NCBI GenBank assembly: GCA_038128265.1
Contig: JAYPJE010000092.1
Coordinates: 1 to 12,442 of the forward strand
Length of the DNA stretch: 12,442 nt
Source of the DNA: Gemmatimonadota bacterium
GTDB lineage: Bacteria > Latescibacterota > UBA2968 > UBA8231
Direction of reading: 5' to 3'
Under the pieces are notes generated by a model. The model had not been told where the DNA came from. It made no database searches and saw only the letters and a list, made by a program, of their open reading frames with translations. Positions 1 through 8,555 of the stretch are shown here, in pieces. The number at the start of each line of letters is the position of its first letter. Positions within the stretch are counted from its first letter, which is position 1. The position numbers were made by a program, and so were the translations under genes.

Positions 1-1162
1 CGTTGCCGGGAGCGGCTAGCGAGCGCCGCTTGGCAAAGTCGTCGGGCCGTGCGGCGGAAACGTCGTTGGCCGCGATCATCTCGCCCAGCGTCTGGCCCGA
101 TACCGTGCGGGTGTCCGGGTTAATTTTGCCGCCCTTGAGCAGCTCGCCGAGAATGGCGGGAATGCCGCCGGCGCGCGCCACGTCCTCGACGTGATATTTT
201 TCGGTGGCCGGGGCGACCTTGCAGACGCAGGGCACCTGGCGCGACAGGCGGTCGATATCGGCCATGGTGAAATCCACCTGGCCCTCGCGCGCCATGGCCA
301 GCAGGTGCAGCACCGTATTGGTCGATCCGCCCATGGCAATGTCGAGCGCCATGGCATTTTCAAAGGCGGCAAAGGTGGCGATGCTGCGCGGCAGCACGGA
401 GGCATCGCCTTCCATGTAGTAGGCCTTGGCCATTTCGACGATGCGTTTGGCCGAGCGCTCAAACAGCTCCCAGCGCAGCGCGTGCGTGGCGAGGATCGTG
501 CCGTTGCCTGGCAGGGCCAGGCCGATGGCTTCGTTGAGGCAGTTCATGGAGTTGGCGGTGAACATGCCCGAGCACGAACCGCAGGTCGGGCAGGCTTCCT
601 CCTCCATCTTGTCTACGTCGGCATCGCTGACGCCCTCGTCGCCGGCGGCGATCATCGGATTGATCAGATCGAGTTTGGCCGCGCCGGTCGACAGCTGCGT
701 TTTGCCCGCCTCCATGGGCCCGCCCGATACAAAGATGGCCGGAATGTTTAAGCGCAGCGCCGCCAGCAGCATGCCGGGCGTGATCTTGTCGCAGTTGGAA
801 ATGCAGATCAGCGCGTCGGCCTTGTGCGCTTGCACCATGTATTCGACGCTGTCGGCGATCAGCTCGCGGCTGGGCAGCGAGTAGAGCATGCCATCGTGTC
901 CCATGGCAATGCCGTCGTCGACGGCGATGGTGTTGAACTCGACGCCGTAGCCGCCGTTGGCATCGATGACCTCTTTGACGCGCTGGCCGATCGGGTGCAG
1001 GTGCACGTGGCCGGGAACGAATTGCGTGAAGGAATTGGCAATGGCGATGATCGGCTTGTGAAAGTCTTCCGATTTCATGCCTGTGGCGCGCCACAGCGCG
1101 CGCGCGCCGGCCATGCGCCGTCCCTGCGTAGTCGTGCTGCTGCGATACGAATGTTTGCTCAT
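1..1162 (-). CDS. ilvD: Dihydroxy-acid dehydratase (5' portion; runs off the left edge)
   Basis: Manual translation from ATG at 1162: [29 protein letters not shown]...[20 protein letters not shown]...[33 protein letters not shown]...[11 protein letters not shown]...SGGPMEAG...[20 protein letters not shown]...[14 protein letters not shown]. These are hallmark IlvD motifs. RBS GAGGAG at 1169-1174. PGH rather than PCN indicates the E. coli-like clade. Absent from the ORF track, presumably because it has no stop codon in the window. Confidence 0.98.
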   Translation of the reverse strand, partial: MSKHSYRSSTTTQGRRMAGARALWRATGMKSEDFHKPIIAIANSFTQFVPGHVHLHPIGQRVKEVIDANGGYGVEFNTIAVDDGIAMGHDGMLYSLPSRELIADSVEYMVQAHKADALICISNCDKITPGMLLAALRLNIPAIFVSGGPMEAGKTQLSTGAAKLDLINPMIAAGDEGVSDADVDKMEEEACPTCGSCSGMFTANSMNCLNEAIGLALPGNGTILATHALRWELFERSAKRIVEMAKAYYMEGDASVLPRSIATFAAFENAMALDIAMGGSTNTVLHLLAMAREGQVDFTMADIDRLSRQVPCVCKVAPATEKYHVEDVARAGGIPAILGELLKGGKINPDTRTVSGQTLGEMIAANDVSAARPDDFAKRRSLAAPGN

Positions 1163-1174
1163 CGAGAACTCCTC

Positions 1175-3292
1175 TTAGAATGCCTGTCCGATAGAAAAAT
1201 AAAACTTCATGGGATGCGCGCGGTCAAATCCATCGTTAAAAGCGATGTCGAAGCGCAGCGGAAAACCAAAGGTGTAGCGCAGGCCCGCACCGTAGCCGTC
1301 GACCATGCCGGCTGGCTTGAACAGGTCGGCCAAGCGCAGCGCGCTGGACCGGCGCCAGACCCGGGCGCGATCCCAAAAGGTGACTAGGCCAAAGGGCCCG
1401 AGCTGGAAGCGCAGCTCGCTGCGCACGTTGAGGCCAATGCGTCCGCCGCCAACGGCCTGAATGGCATCGCGGTCGACGCCGCGCAGCGATCCTTCGCCGC
1501 CGTAGAGCTTCCAGTAGAGCTGCGGCAGGGCGCGTCCGCTGCGCAGCGATGCGGTGCGCGTACCCTGCAGGGCAACGGCGGCTACAACGTGCTCGGAAAG
1601 GCGCGCGTAGCGCCGCGCTTCCACTTCGCCGTCGAGCACGGAGGTGCCGCGCCGGTCTAGCTGGATGGCGTAGAGACCGCTCAGGCGCAGCAGCGAGCCG
1701 CTGCTGGGGGCGATGCGATTGTCGCGCGTATCGCGCAGCAGCTCGCTGGTAAAGCTAACCGAGCGCGAGCGCTCGGTTAGAATGTCTGCCCAAAGCGCAT
1801 TGACGGGAATATTGCCTGCGAAATAGTCAATCGGTGCTTCGGCTGCGTCTTCTGCATCGGTTTCGAAGAGATCGTCCTCGCCGAAGAAATCGTCCCCACC
1901 GAAGAAATCGTCTTCTCCGAAGAGGTCGTCGTCGCTCTCTTGTCCTGCTGCGCCGTCGACACTCGGCGCGTATGCGATGGGAGCGGCGCCGTCCGGCTTA
2001 TTGCGCGAGTGCAGCCAGGACACGGCGAATTGGCCTTGGTAGACCCGCCAAGTGCGCGACAGCGCTCCGCGCACCTGCCACAGGCGCTCCAGAGACTGGT
2101 AGTCGTAGGTCACGGTGTTGATGTATTCTTCGGCGGCTAGCGTGCCGCCAAAGAGCAGAAGTCCGTTGAGCACCGAATCGTATGTTGTCAGCAGATCGAA
2201 TTGGCGCGGATCGCCCGGGTTGCCAAAGACGATTTTGCGGCTCCACTCGTCGGTTAGACCGGCCGACAGCACCAGGTCGGCCCCGCTGTCTACCAGATTG
2301 GGCTGGGTAAAGGAAAAGCTGACGCCCTGCAGCGGCTGTCCCCAGCTGGCGTTGAGGCCCAGGCCAATGCCGCGCCCCAGCCAGTTGCCGTGCTGCACGC
2401 CGCCGGTCAGGCGCGGTTTGATACGGCGGCCTGCGCTGTTGATAAAGAGATTGCTGCCCAGCTGGATATACTTGCGCTCCTGCAGCTGTACTACCACGGT
2501 TTGCACGCTATCGCCCAGATCCGGCCGGGGCGTCGAGAGGAATACGGAGCGAAATAGATTGGTTCGCGCCAGCTCGTTGCGGCTGTGCGCCAGCTTTTCG
2601 GGGTCGTAGAGGTCGCCGCGTTTGAAATCGATGTAGCGGTGCACGAGGGCAGGGCGCGTATGCAGGCTCTCCTCGCCCTCTATGCGCAGATCGCCAAAGT
2701 ACATCTTGGACCCGGGCTCTACGTGAAAGGATACAGAAGCGCTGTGGGAGCGGCTGTCTTCGTCGCTCCACTCGTTGCGCACGCGCGCGTGTGGATAGCC
2801 TCGGTGGTTCAGATAGGCCTGTATGGCGCGCTCGCCTTCCAAGACCTTTCCGTAGTCTAACGCGGCGCCTGTCTTTAGCGGCACGGTGGCCAACAGCTCG
2901 TCTTCGGCAAAGGGCGCGTCGCCGCGCACGCGCACGCTGCGCACGGTCCACAGCGGTCCATTGTCGATCTCGATATAGATGCGCACACGCTGCCTGTTGG
3001 GCTCTACTTCAAAGCGCTTGCGCGCAATGGACGCTTGGCGGTATCCGCGGCTGCGATACAGGTTGATCAGTGCGACGAGGTCTTCGTTGAATAGACGTCT
3101 ACGAAAGGGCTTTCCCTCCTGCACGCGCATGGCTGCGCGCAGGGTGCGGTTGAGTATGAGCTTGTTGCCGCGGTGCACAAAGTGAACGCGCTCAACCTCG
3201 AATCCCTCGGCGTTGCGCACGGAGGCGGGTGTCCACTCGGCGTGCGCTGCCACGGCCAAGAGCAGGAGGGCCCACAGAGTGGCGATCGGCAT
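1175..3292 (-). CDS. Omp85 (BamA/TamA) family outer-membrane protein with about 3 POTRA domains; TamA-like, 705 aa
   Basis: Signal peptide ending AHA|E with no lipobox Cys. Three POTRA-like repeats (VHFVHRGN...YRSRGY; VRVRGDAPF...YLNHRGYPHARV; FGDLRIEGE...GDLYDPEKL...TNLFRSV). Barrel motifs NWLGRG, RDTRDN..P..G, GGEGSLRG, GYGAGLRY..GFPLRFDIA, and C-terminal FYFSIGQAF. Start overlaps the tamB stop (TGATG). Confidence 0.93.
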   Translation of the reverse strand: MPIATLWALLLLAVAAHAEWTPASVRNAEGFEVERVHFVHRGNKLILNRTLRAAMRVQEGKPFRRRLFNEDLVALINLYRSRGYRQASIARKRFEVEPNRQRVRIYIEIDNGPLWTVRSVRVRGDAPFAEDELLATVPLKTGAALDYGKVLEGERAIQAYLNHRGYPHARVRNEWSDEDSRSHSASVSFHVEPGSKMYFGDLRIEGEESLHTRPALVHRYIDFKRGDLYDPEKLAHSRNELARTNLFRSVFLSTPRPDLGDSVQTVVVQLQERKYIQLGSNLFINSAGRRIKPRLTGGVQHGNWLGRGIGLGLNASWGQPLQGVSFSFTQPNLVDSGADLVLSAGLTDEWSRKIVFGNPGDPRQFDLLTTYDSVLNGLLLFGGTLAAEEYINTVTYDYQSLERLWQVRGALSRTWRVYQGQFAVSWLHSRNKPDGAAPIAYAPSVDGAAGQESDDDLFGEDDFFGGDDFFGEDDLFETDAEDAAEAPIDYFAGNIPVNALWADILTERSRSVSFTSELLRDTRDNRIAPSSGSLLRLSGLYAIQLDRRGTSVLDGEVEARRYARLSEHVVAAVALQGTRTASLRSGRALPQLYWKLYGGEGSLRGVDRDAIQAVGGGRIGLNVRSELRFQLGPFGLVTFWDRARVWRRSSALRLADLFKPAGMVDGYGAGLRYTFGFPLRFDIAFNDGFDRAHPMKFYFSIGQAF
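1865..1936 (-). repeat. In-frame degenerate 4 x 18-bp tandem repeat encoding SDDDLF-GEDDFF-GGDDFF-GEDDLF
   Basis: Plus-strand units: gaagagatcgtcctcgcc (1865-1882), gaagaaatcgtccccacc (1883-1900), gaagaaatcgtcttctcc (1901-1918), gaagaggtcgtcgtcgct (1919-1936). Confidence 0.9.
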
Positions 3293-6200
3293 CAGAATTC
3301 CTTTTTCAGGCCGATGCCCAGACCGTAGCGATCGTACTCACTCTGTGCCGAGCCGGTTAGCGTGAGGATCGAATTGAGTCTGTGCTCAAGGCGGACTTCG
3401 CCCTGACCCATGCTGTTGATCGCTGCCTCGTAGCGCACCCAGATTGGGAAGGGAATCTCCAGAAATTTGCCCATGCGCAGCGCCGGTTGGCCCTGCTCTA
3501 CGCCGATGACGTTGCTTGATGGCAGCACCGCAAATTCGTCGATGCCGACGCGTGCGACGCGCTTGCTCAGCAGGCGGCCGGCCGCCGTGCCGAGCGCCGT
3601 GCCGTAGTTGAAGTCGCTGACATTGGTGGTGCCGAAGGCCAGCAAGTTGACGATGCGGTTGAAGTCTAGGGCCGGCGTTGACTCAAAGCGCGGCGCCGCG
3701 CTTTGGGCGGCGCCCTGCAGGCTCATCGTCACAGTGTAACGCGCATCGGCATCGCCGCGGTCGACAACTTGAGCTGTTGCCCGCAGGTCGAGCGTTGGAT
3801 CCAATACGAGTGGATCATAGGCCACTTCGAGCAGCGAGCGGGTTGGCACTAGGCTGTTGAGGACGATGCGGCCTTCTTCCAGGTCAAATGGGCGGTTAAG
3901 GACGTATATGCTGCCCTCGTCCAAGGCGACATCGCCCTGGAAAATGGGTTTGTAAAACGTGCCGGAGATGCCAATACCCCCCGATGCGCGGGCGTTGGTC
4001 AATTCGCTATCGACGTGCAGATCGCGCAGCTGGACGTGCACGTCCAATCCCATATTCTCCAGAAATTCATCGCGCAGCGCCGGTGGCGGTGGCGGCACGG
4101 GTGGGCTGTTGAGCGCGACAAATACGGGCTCGGCTACCGGGCTTTGTAGCGTTAGAGAGCCGGACAGCTGCGACCGGTGCGTGCTGCCGGCCATGCGCAG
4201 GTCGATGTCGATGTCGTCGTCGCGGAAGGTGTCTGTGTAGTGCAGGTCGAGTCCGCGCACGCGCAGAGCCACATCAAAGGTGGGTTCGCGTAAGTCGCCT
4301 AAATCGACAAAGCCGCTGAGAGCCATTTCGTCGTAGCCATCGGTCGATTCGGCGCTGGCGTTTAGCAGCGTGCCGCGTCGTTCGGACCATGCCAAGCGGC
4401 CGTCGGGCAGCGTATAGGTTGGCGTTACGTCGAGCAGGGCTAGCTGCACACCGGCAAAGTCGATGTGGCCGTCCAATGTCAGCGTCGAATCCAGCCCGCG
4501 CGCGCGCACCTGGCCCAGCGCGCGGCCTCCCAAGGTATCGAGGTCGGTCAGTAGGTCGGCCAGGGCTGATAGATCTACGCCGTCGGAGCGCCCCTCGAGC
4601 CAGCCTGCGGCCCAGTTGATACGGCCCGCTGAAATATCCCAGGGCAGGTGTCCGTCGACGGTGAGGCTGTCCCGTAGCAGCGTGTCCCAGCGCAGATGCA
4701 TATGCGCGCCCGTGCTGTCGCCCGTCAGCACGGTTTCTGCGCGCCCTAAATCGTCGGCCGTGATATCCAACTGCGCCGCCAGCTTGGGTGTGCCATGGGT
4801 GCCCGTTATCTGTGCGTGCAGGTTGGCCGTTCCTTCGGGTCCGCCCAGCAGCAGCAGGTCTACATCGGCCATATGCAAGCGCACATCGCCCTCGCCGTCC
4901 GTTGGCAAGCGTCCGTCCAGGCTCAGCGCGCCGGCGGGTAGAAAGGCTTCGGCATCGCGGTCGTACCGGCTCATTTCCACCAGCAGATCGTCGAGGCGAA
5001 TCTCCTGCTGATCGGCCCGTGCGCGTGCGCCCGTTGCCAGCGTCAAGTTGAGCGTCTCGCCGCCGATCTGGGCATCGGCGCTGAACTGCTCTATGTGCAC
5101 ATTGCCGCGCAATGCCCCGCGCGCTAGCAGCGCGTGCTCGTTGCCCATCGGCACATCCATATCGGCGTGCATACTAAGCAGGCCGCGCGCGGGACTTTCG
5201 AGCAGATAGGTTAGCGGAGCGCGCAGAGACAGCGCGTCAACGGACACGCTGATATGGGCCGCGTTTTCGTCATTGGGATGCGCCGACCAAAGTGCTTGTG
5301 TCGGAGCAGATACCGATGCGGTCAGCGCCGGTCGCTGGCGCTGTCGCAGCGTGGCGCGGGTGACTAGCGAGTCGCGCAGCGTCCAATCGGCGCGCAGGTC
5401 GCCCAGCAGCGCGGTATCGAGCCGCACGGCGCGCAGGTCGAGCCACCCGTCTAACTGAGGCTGCGCGGGACGCCCACCGATGGTCATATGCCCAGTGCCT
5501 TGCGCCAGGTGTAGGTCTGTAGCGAGGGCGCGCAAATCTAGCTGAGGCCAATCGACGTCGACGGACAGGGTATCTGCTGAGGCATTCCCGGCTACGGTCA
5601 TAGGGCCAAGCGGCGTGTGTAGCAGCGCCTGCGACAGGGTCAGCAGGCTGTCGGCATAGCGCAGGTGTAGAGGGTCGTGCGCGTTCAGCTTGGCGCTGCC
5701 GATGGAGAGAGCTAGTGAATCAATAGCCCATTCAGCCGAGCTGGCGCCCGGTTGGTCCAGCGGCGTGTGCAGCGTGAGCTCGCCGATCAGGGCCAGCGAA
5801 TCGCCGCTGGTCGAATGCAGCTGTAGTCCGTTGAAGGAGGTGCTTGCGGCCATGTTTTGAGCGCTGTCGACGGAAACAGTGGCCTGCGCATGCGCGCCGC
5901 GCGCCCATCCACTGCCCGTGCCCGCGGACCAGATGAGAGCCGCCGATATATCGCCTCCGCGCCAGGAGCCGTAGCCGGCATCGTCGGCCTTGAGGTCGAT
6001 TTTGACTAGGAGGCTGTCGGCTGTCACAGGACCGTCGGCGCTCAGGTCGAGCGATAGGGTTCCCGCTGCGCTCCGCGCTAGGCGAGATAGAGAAAGGCCG
6101 TGCAGGGTTACGCGGAAAGAGTCGGCGCGTCCTGTGCGCAGGTCAAAGCGACCGCTCCCTATCAGCAGGCTGTCTTCCACCGCGATGCGGGTTTCGGCAT

Positions 6201-7578
6201 AGCGCTCTGCGCGGAGGACGACGTCGGCGCGGACGGGGCCGAAGGGGGTGTCGGCGATGGTGGGTAGGTGGGCGGACTCGGCCGATAGCTGCAGCGCGTC
6301 GGGGCGCAGGTCGGCGTGCAGGTCGATGGGTGCCATATCCAGACCAAAGGCGGTGTGCGGCTGCAGCTGACCGCTAAGGTGCAAATCGTATTGGCCCTGT
6401 AGGTCGGATTGGCCGTGCGCCACTAGCGCAACGGCAGGCGAGTCTAGCTGTAAGTGCGTTGCGCCATCGGGGTGGTGTTGAAAGCGCAGCGATGCGTCGA
6501 ATGGGCGCCCACTTGGCCAGTGGACGCGGCTAAAACGAAGGTCCGTCTGAGCGCTATAGCGCTGTGTGGCTAAGTCGAATTCGGCGTGCGCGTGGCCCGC
6601 GGCGCTGCCCGACAGGCGGCTGTCTATGTGCGATAGGACCAGCTGCTGCGCGTGCAGCGTCGCCGTCAGGCTATCGCCCGCAAGCGCGTAGCGCGCGTGC
6701 GCGTGCAGCGAACCGGCAAGGACGGTGGCGCGCAGCGAGTCAACGGTGGCATAGGTGGTGTCTACGCGCGCATCGGCTGCGAAGGGGATAGCGCCCCACA
6801 GCGCTGAAGAAAGCTGGCCGCGCAGGGTGGCGCGCAGGTCGAGCGGCTGCAGCGTGCCGTGTACGTAGGCTTCGGTGCGCAGGCTGTCGCCGCCGGTCGT
6901 TGCACCGAGGTGCCATGCCGTGCTTAGGGTGCGCTGCGCGGAAAAGTCCCATTGGCCGGCCATCCCTACGCGCGTGCGCAGCGAATCGGCGTGGATGTCT
7001 GCCTGCAGCGAATCGATATCGATACGATTGGGATGCAGCGCAGCGCGCGCGGTCAGCGAGCCCGTTACCCGCAGTGAATCGCCGCGGAGATTCCACGTCT
7101 GCAAGGCTATGTCCAGTGCGCCCGTGCGCTCGGATGCGCTGCGATAGCTGCCGGAAAATCCCTGGAAGCGCAGGTGGCTGGCGCCTGCCAGCTCAATATC
7201 AGCGCTGCCGTCAACTATGTATAGTTCGGGCAGCCATTCAATAGGCAGTTGGACGGCCTGCGGCGCGTGCTGGGCGCTATCATCGGCAGACAGTGCCACG
7301 GTGAGGTGCGGCGCTTGCAGGCGCGCGGAAATGGGCCGCGGCGAGATGGCAAGCGCTTTAACGCGGAGTGCAACGTTCTGAGGTTGGTTGTGTACACGGG
7401 CCTCGTGCAGGGTAAAGCCGCTCCACAGCGAACCGCTAATCTCTTCTGTTTGCACCGTCCAAGGCGACAGCAAGGGGGCGGCTCCACGGAGTAGCGCCCA
7501 AGGGCCGAGCGGCGTATAGAGGATCGCGCCCACCAGGGCCAGGATCAGCAGCGCCGCTGCGTAGAAGCGCCTCCTCAT
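3292..7578 (-). CDS. tamB: Translocation and assembly module TamB family protein (AsmA-like, C-terminal DUF490), 1428 aa
   Basis: N-terminal basic plus hydrophobic anchor (MRRRFYAAALLILALVGAIL) followed by ISGSLWSG. Long amphipathic beta-strand body. DUF490-like C-terminus (ISGTFYKPIFQGDVALDEGSIYVLNRPFDLEEGRI...DPTLDLRA...FESTPALD...IVNLLAFG) ending GLGIGLKKEF. Directly adjacent to an Omp85 gene. Confidence 0.9.
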   Translation of the reverse strand: MRRRFYAAALLILALVGAILYTPLGPWALLRGAAPLLSPWTVQTEEISGSLWSGFTLHEARVHNQPQNVALRVKALAISPRPISARLQAPHLTVALSADDSAQHAPQAVQLPIEWLPELYIVDGSADIELAGASHLRFQGFSGSYRSASERTGALDIALQTWNLRGDSLRVTGSLTARAALHPNRIDIDSLQADIHADSLRTRVGMAGQWDFSAQRTLSTAWHLGATTGGDSLRTEAYVHGTLQPLDLRATLRGQLSSALWGAIPFAADARVDTTYATVDSLRATVLAGSLHAHARYALAGDSLTATLHAQQLVLSHIDSRLSGSAAGHAHAEFDLATQRYSAQTDLRFSRVHWPSGRPFDASLRFQHHPDGATHLQLDSPAVALVAHGQSDLQGQYDLHLSGQLQPHTAFGLDMAPIDLHADLRPDALQLSAESAHLPTIADTPFGPVRADVVLRAERYAETRIAVEDSLLIGSGRFDLRTGRADSFRVTLHGLSLSRLARSAAGTLSLDLSADGPVTADSLLVKIDLKADDAGYGSWRGGDISAALIWSAGTGSGWARGAHAQATVSVDSAQNMAASTSFNGLQLHSTSGDSLALIGELTLHTPLDQPGASSAEWAIDSLALSIGSAKLNAHDPLHLRYADSLLTLSQALLHTPLGPMTVAGNASADTLSVDVDWPQLDLRALATDLHLAQGTGHMTIGGRPAQPQLDGWLDLRAVRLDTALLGDLRADWTLRDSLVTRATLRQRQRPALTASVSAPTQALWSAHPNDENAAHISVSVDALSLRAPLTYLLESPARGLLSMHADMDVPMGNEHALLARGALRGNVHIEQFSADAQIGGETLNLTLATGARARADQQEIRLDDLLVEMSRYDRDAEAFLPAGALSLDGRLPTDGEGDVRLHMADVDLLLLGGPEGTANLHAQITGTHGTPKLAAQLDITADDLGRAETVLTGDSTGAHMHLRWDTLLRDSLTVDGHLPWDISAGRINWAAGWLEGRSDGVDLSALADLLTDLDTLGGRALGQVRARGLDSTLTLDGHIDFAGVQLALLDVTPTYTLPDGRLAWSERRGTLLNASAESTDGYDEMALSGFVDLGDLREPTFDVALRVRGLDLHYTDTFRDDDIDIDLRMAGSTHRSQLSGSLTLQSPVAEPVFVALNSPPVPPPPPALRDEFLENMGLDVHVQLRDLHVDSELTNARASGGIGISGTFYKPIFQGDVALDEGSIYVLNRPFDLEEGRIVLNSLVPTRSLLEVAYDPLVLDPTLDLRATAQVVDRGDADARYTVTMSLQGAAQSAAPRFESTPALDFNRIVNLLAFGTTNVSDFNYGTALGTAAGRLLSKRVARVGIDEFAVLPSSNVIGVEQGQPALRMGKFLEIPFPIWVRYEAAINSMGQGEVRLEHRLNSILTLTGSAQSEYDRYGLGIGLKKEF

Positions 7579-8432
7579 TTACTCGCTTTTACTTGGGTGA
7601 GTGTTTTGGGTACGGTAAAGAGCGAGTCGGGTAGGGGGGCGTGTCGCAGTATGTTGATCTGGCGTTCCAGGCGAAAGACCTCCGTCCACCGCTTGCTGCC
7701 GGCTTGCTGGGCCGATGCCGTTAGCGTCGAGCGCAGGGCAAAACCGTTGAGCTCTGCTTCCATAGCACGCAGTTCGTCCTGTAGGCGGTCGAGTTCTTGG
7801 ACCTTGTCGCTAAACTGCTGCATGCCGCCGGCGATGAGTGCCGGATAGGATGTGGTGCTATCCTGCAGTGCCTGGAAGGCGCGCAGCTCGCTCCAGCCGG
7901 GAAATTTCTCCGCCACGCAGGCATCGTAGGTATAGCGGTTTTCGCGCTGCGATTTTTTGCCCGCATCGTAGCGGGCGCGCATCTGTGCAACGACGCGCTT
8001 GCAGGGAATGGCTGCGACGACCGAGCTATCGCCGGGCACTTTAAAAGCAAAGGCTACTTTGGGTGGGAGAGCGGATGTCGTCTGGCGTGCCGTTTTGGCT
8101 GCGCCCGTCTTGAGCGGGGGAACGTTGGTGCGCACAAAGGTCTGCGCGTCGAGGTCGATTTCAAATACTTCGGCTTTGCCCAAGTTGAGTATGGTGCTCG
8201 AGCGCAGCGGTTGTCCCTGATCTTTGAGCGCTTTTTCCGTCTTTTTATCGACGATGAGTCGGGCGTCGACTTTCTGCGTCTTGCCCTTGATATATACGCT
8301 ATGCACGGTCGTGCGCGCGCCCGCTTTGCTCTTGCCAAAACCGGGATTGACCATTTCCTCTTCAAAATATACGTCGGCCTGTGCCGTAGGGGTCGCTAAC
8401 CAGATGCAGGCGAGAATCCACAGTCGCTTCAT
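7575..8432 (-). CDS. Secreted/periplasmic protein resembling DUF4412 family, 285 aa
   Basis: Start moved to ATG 8432 (GGGAGA RBS at 8439-8444), which gives a clean signal peptide MKRLWILACIWLATPTAQA|D. Segments TILNLGKAEVFEIDLDAQTFV, GDSSVVAAIPCKRV and LPDSLFTVPK recall DUF4412-type proteins. Stop overlaps the tamB start (ATGA, 7575-7578). The CDS is solid; the family call is tentative. Confidence 0.7.
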   Translation of the reverse strand: MKRLWILACIWLATPTAQADVYFEEEMVNPGFGKSKAGARTTVHSVYIKGKTQKVDARLIVDKKTEKALKDQGQPLRSSTILNLGKAEVFEIDLDAQTFVRTNVPPLKTGAAKTARQTTSALPPKVAFAFKVPGDSSVVAAIPCKRVVAQMRARYDAGKKSQRENRYTYDACVAEKFPGWSELRAFQALQDSTTSYPALIAGGMQQFSDKVQELDRLQDELRAMEAELNGFALRSTLTASAQQAGSKRWTEVFRLERQINILRHAPLPDSLFTVPKTLTQVKASK

Positions 8433-8499
8433 AGCACATCTCCCGGTGTGAGCTGAGGTCTGTATAAAATAGGTGATTTTGCTCTGGACCGTACACGGC

Positions 8500-8528
8500 A
8501 AAGCCCCCCACTCCGGAGAGCAGGGGGC
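8500..8528 (-). terminator. Stable hairpin, probable intrinsic terminator after the zinc peptidase gene
   Basis: Minus-strand RNA GCCCCCUGCUC-UCCG-GAGUGGGGGGC-UUU: 11-bp stem with two G-U pairs that form only on the minus strand, and a cUNCGg tetraloop. Lies 27 nt after the stop at 8556. The U-tract is short. Confidence 0.75.
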
Positions 8529-8555
8529 CTGTGTCTATTGGCGGACTGAGCGGCG

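Noticed and set aside
3..1387. ORF-track entries overlapping ilvD (e.g. 191-751, 426-884, 824-1387 on +; 76-462, 459-1094 on -)
   Set aside because: Antisense or off-frame shadows of the real ilvD frame, typical of GC-rich DNA, with no recognisable motifs.
1865..1936. 18-bp repeats as a CRISPR array or frameshifting phase-variation tract
   Set aside because: No spacers, degenerate units, in-frame within a CDS, and no cas genes.
1384..7494. Numerous short ORFs inside the Omp85 and tamB genes
   Set aside because: Fully nested in long, well-supported CDSs, with Arg/Ser/Ala-rich shadow composition.
8433..8501. N-terminal extension of the 308-aa ORF (start 8501)
   Set aside because: It starts at the base of the terminator hairpin. 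ATG 8432 has an RBS and gives a proper signal peptide.
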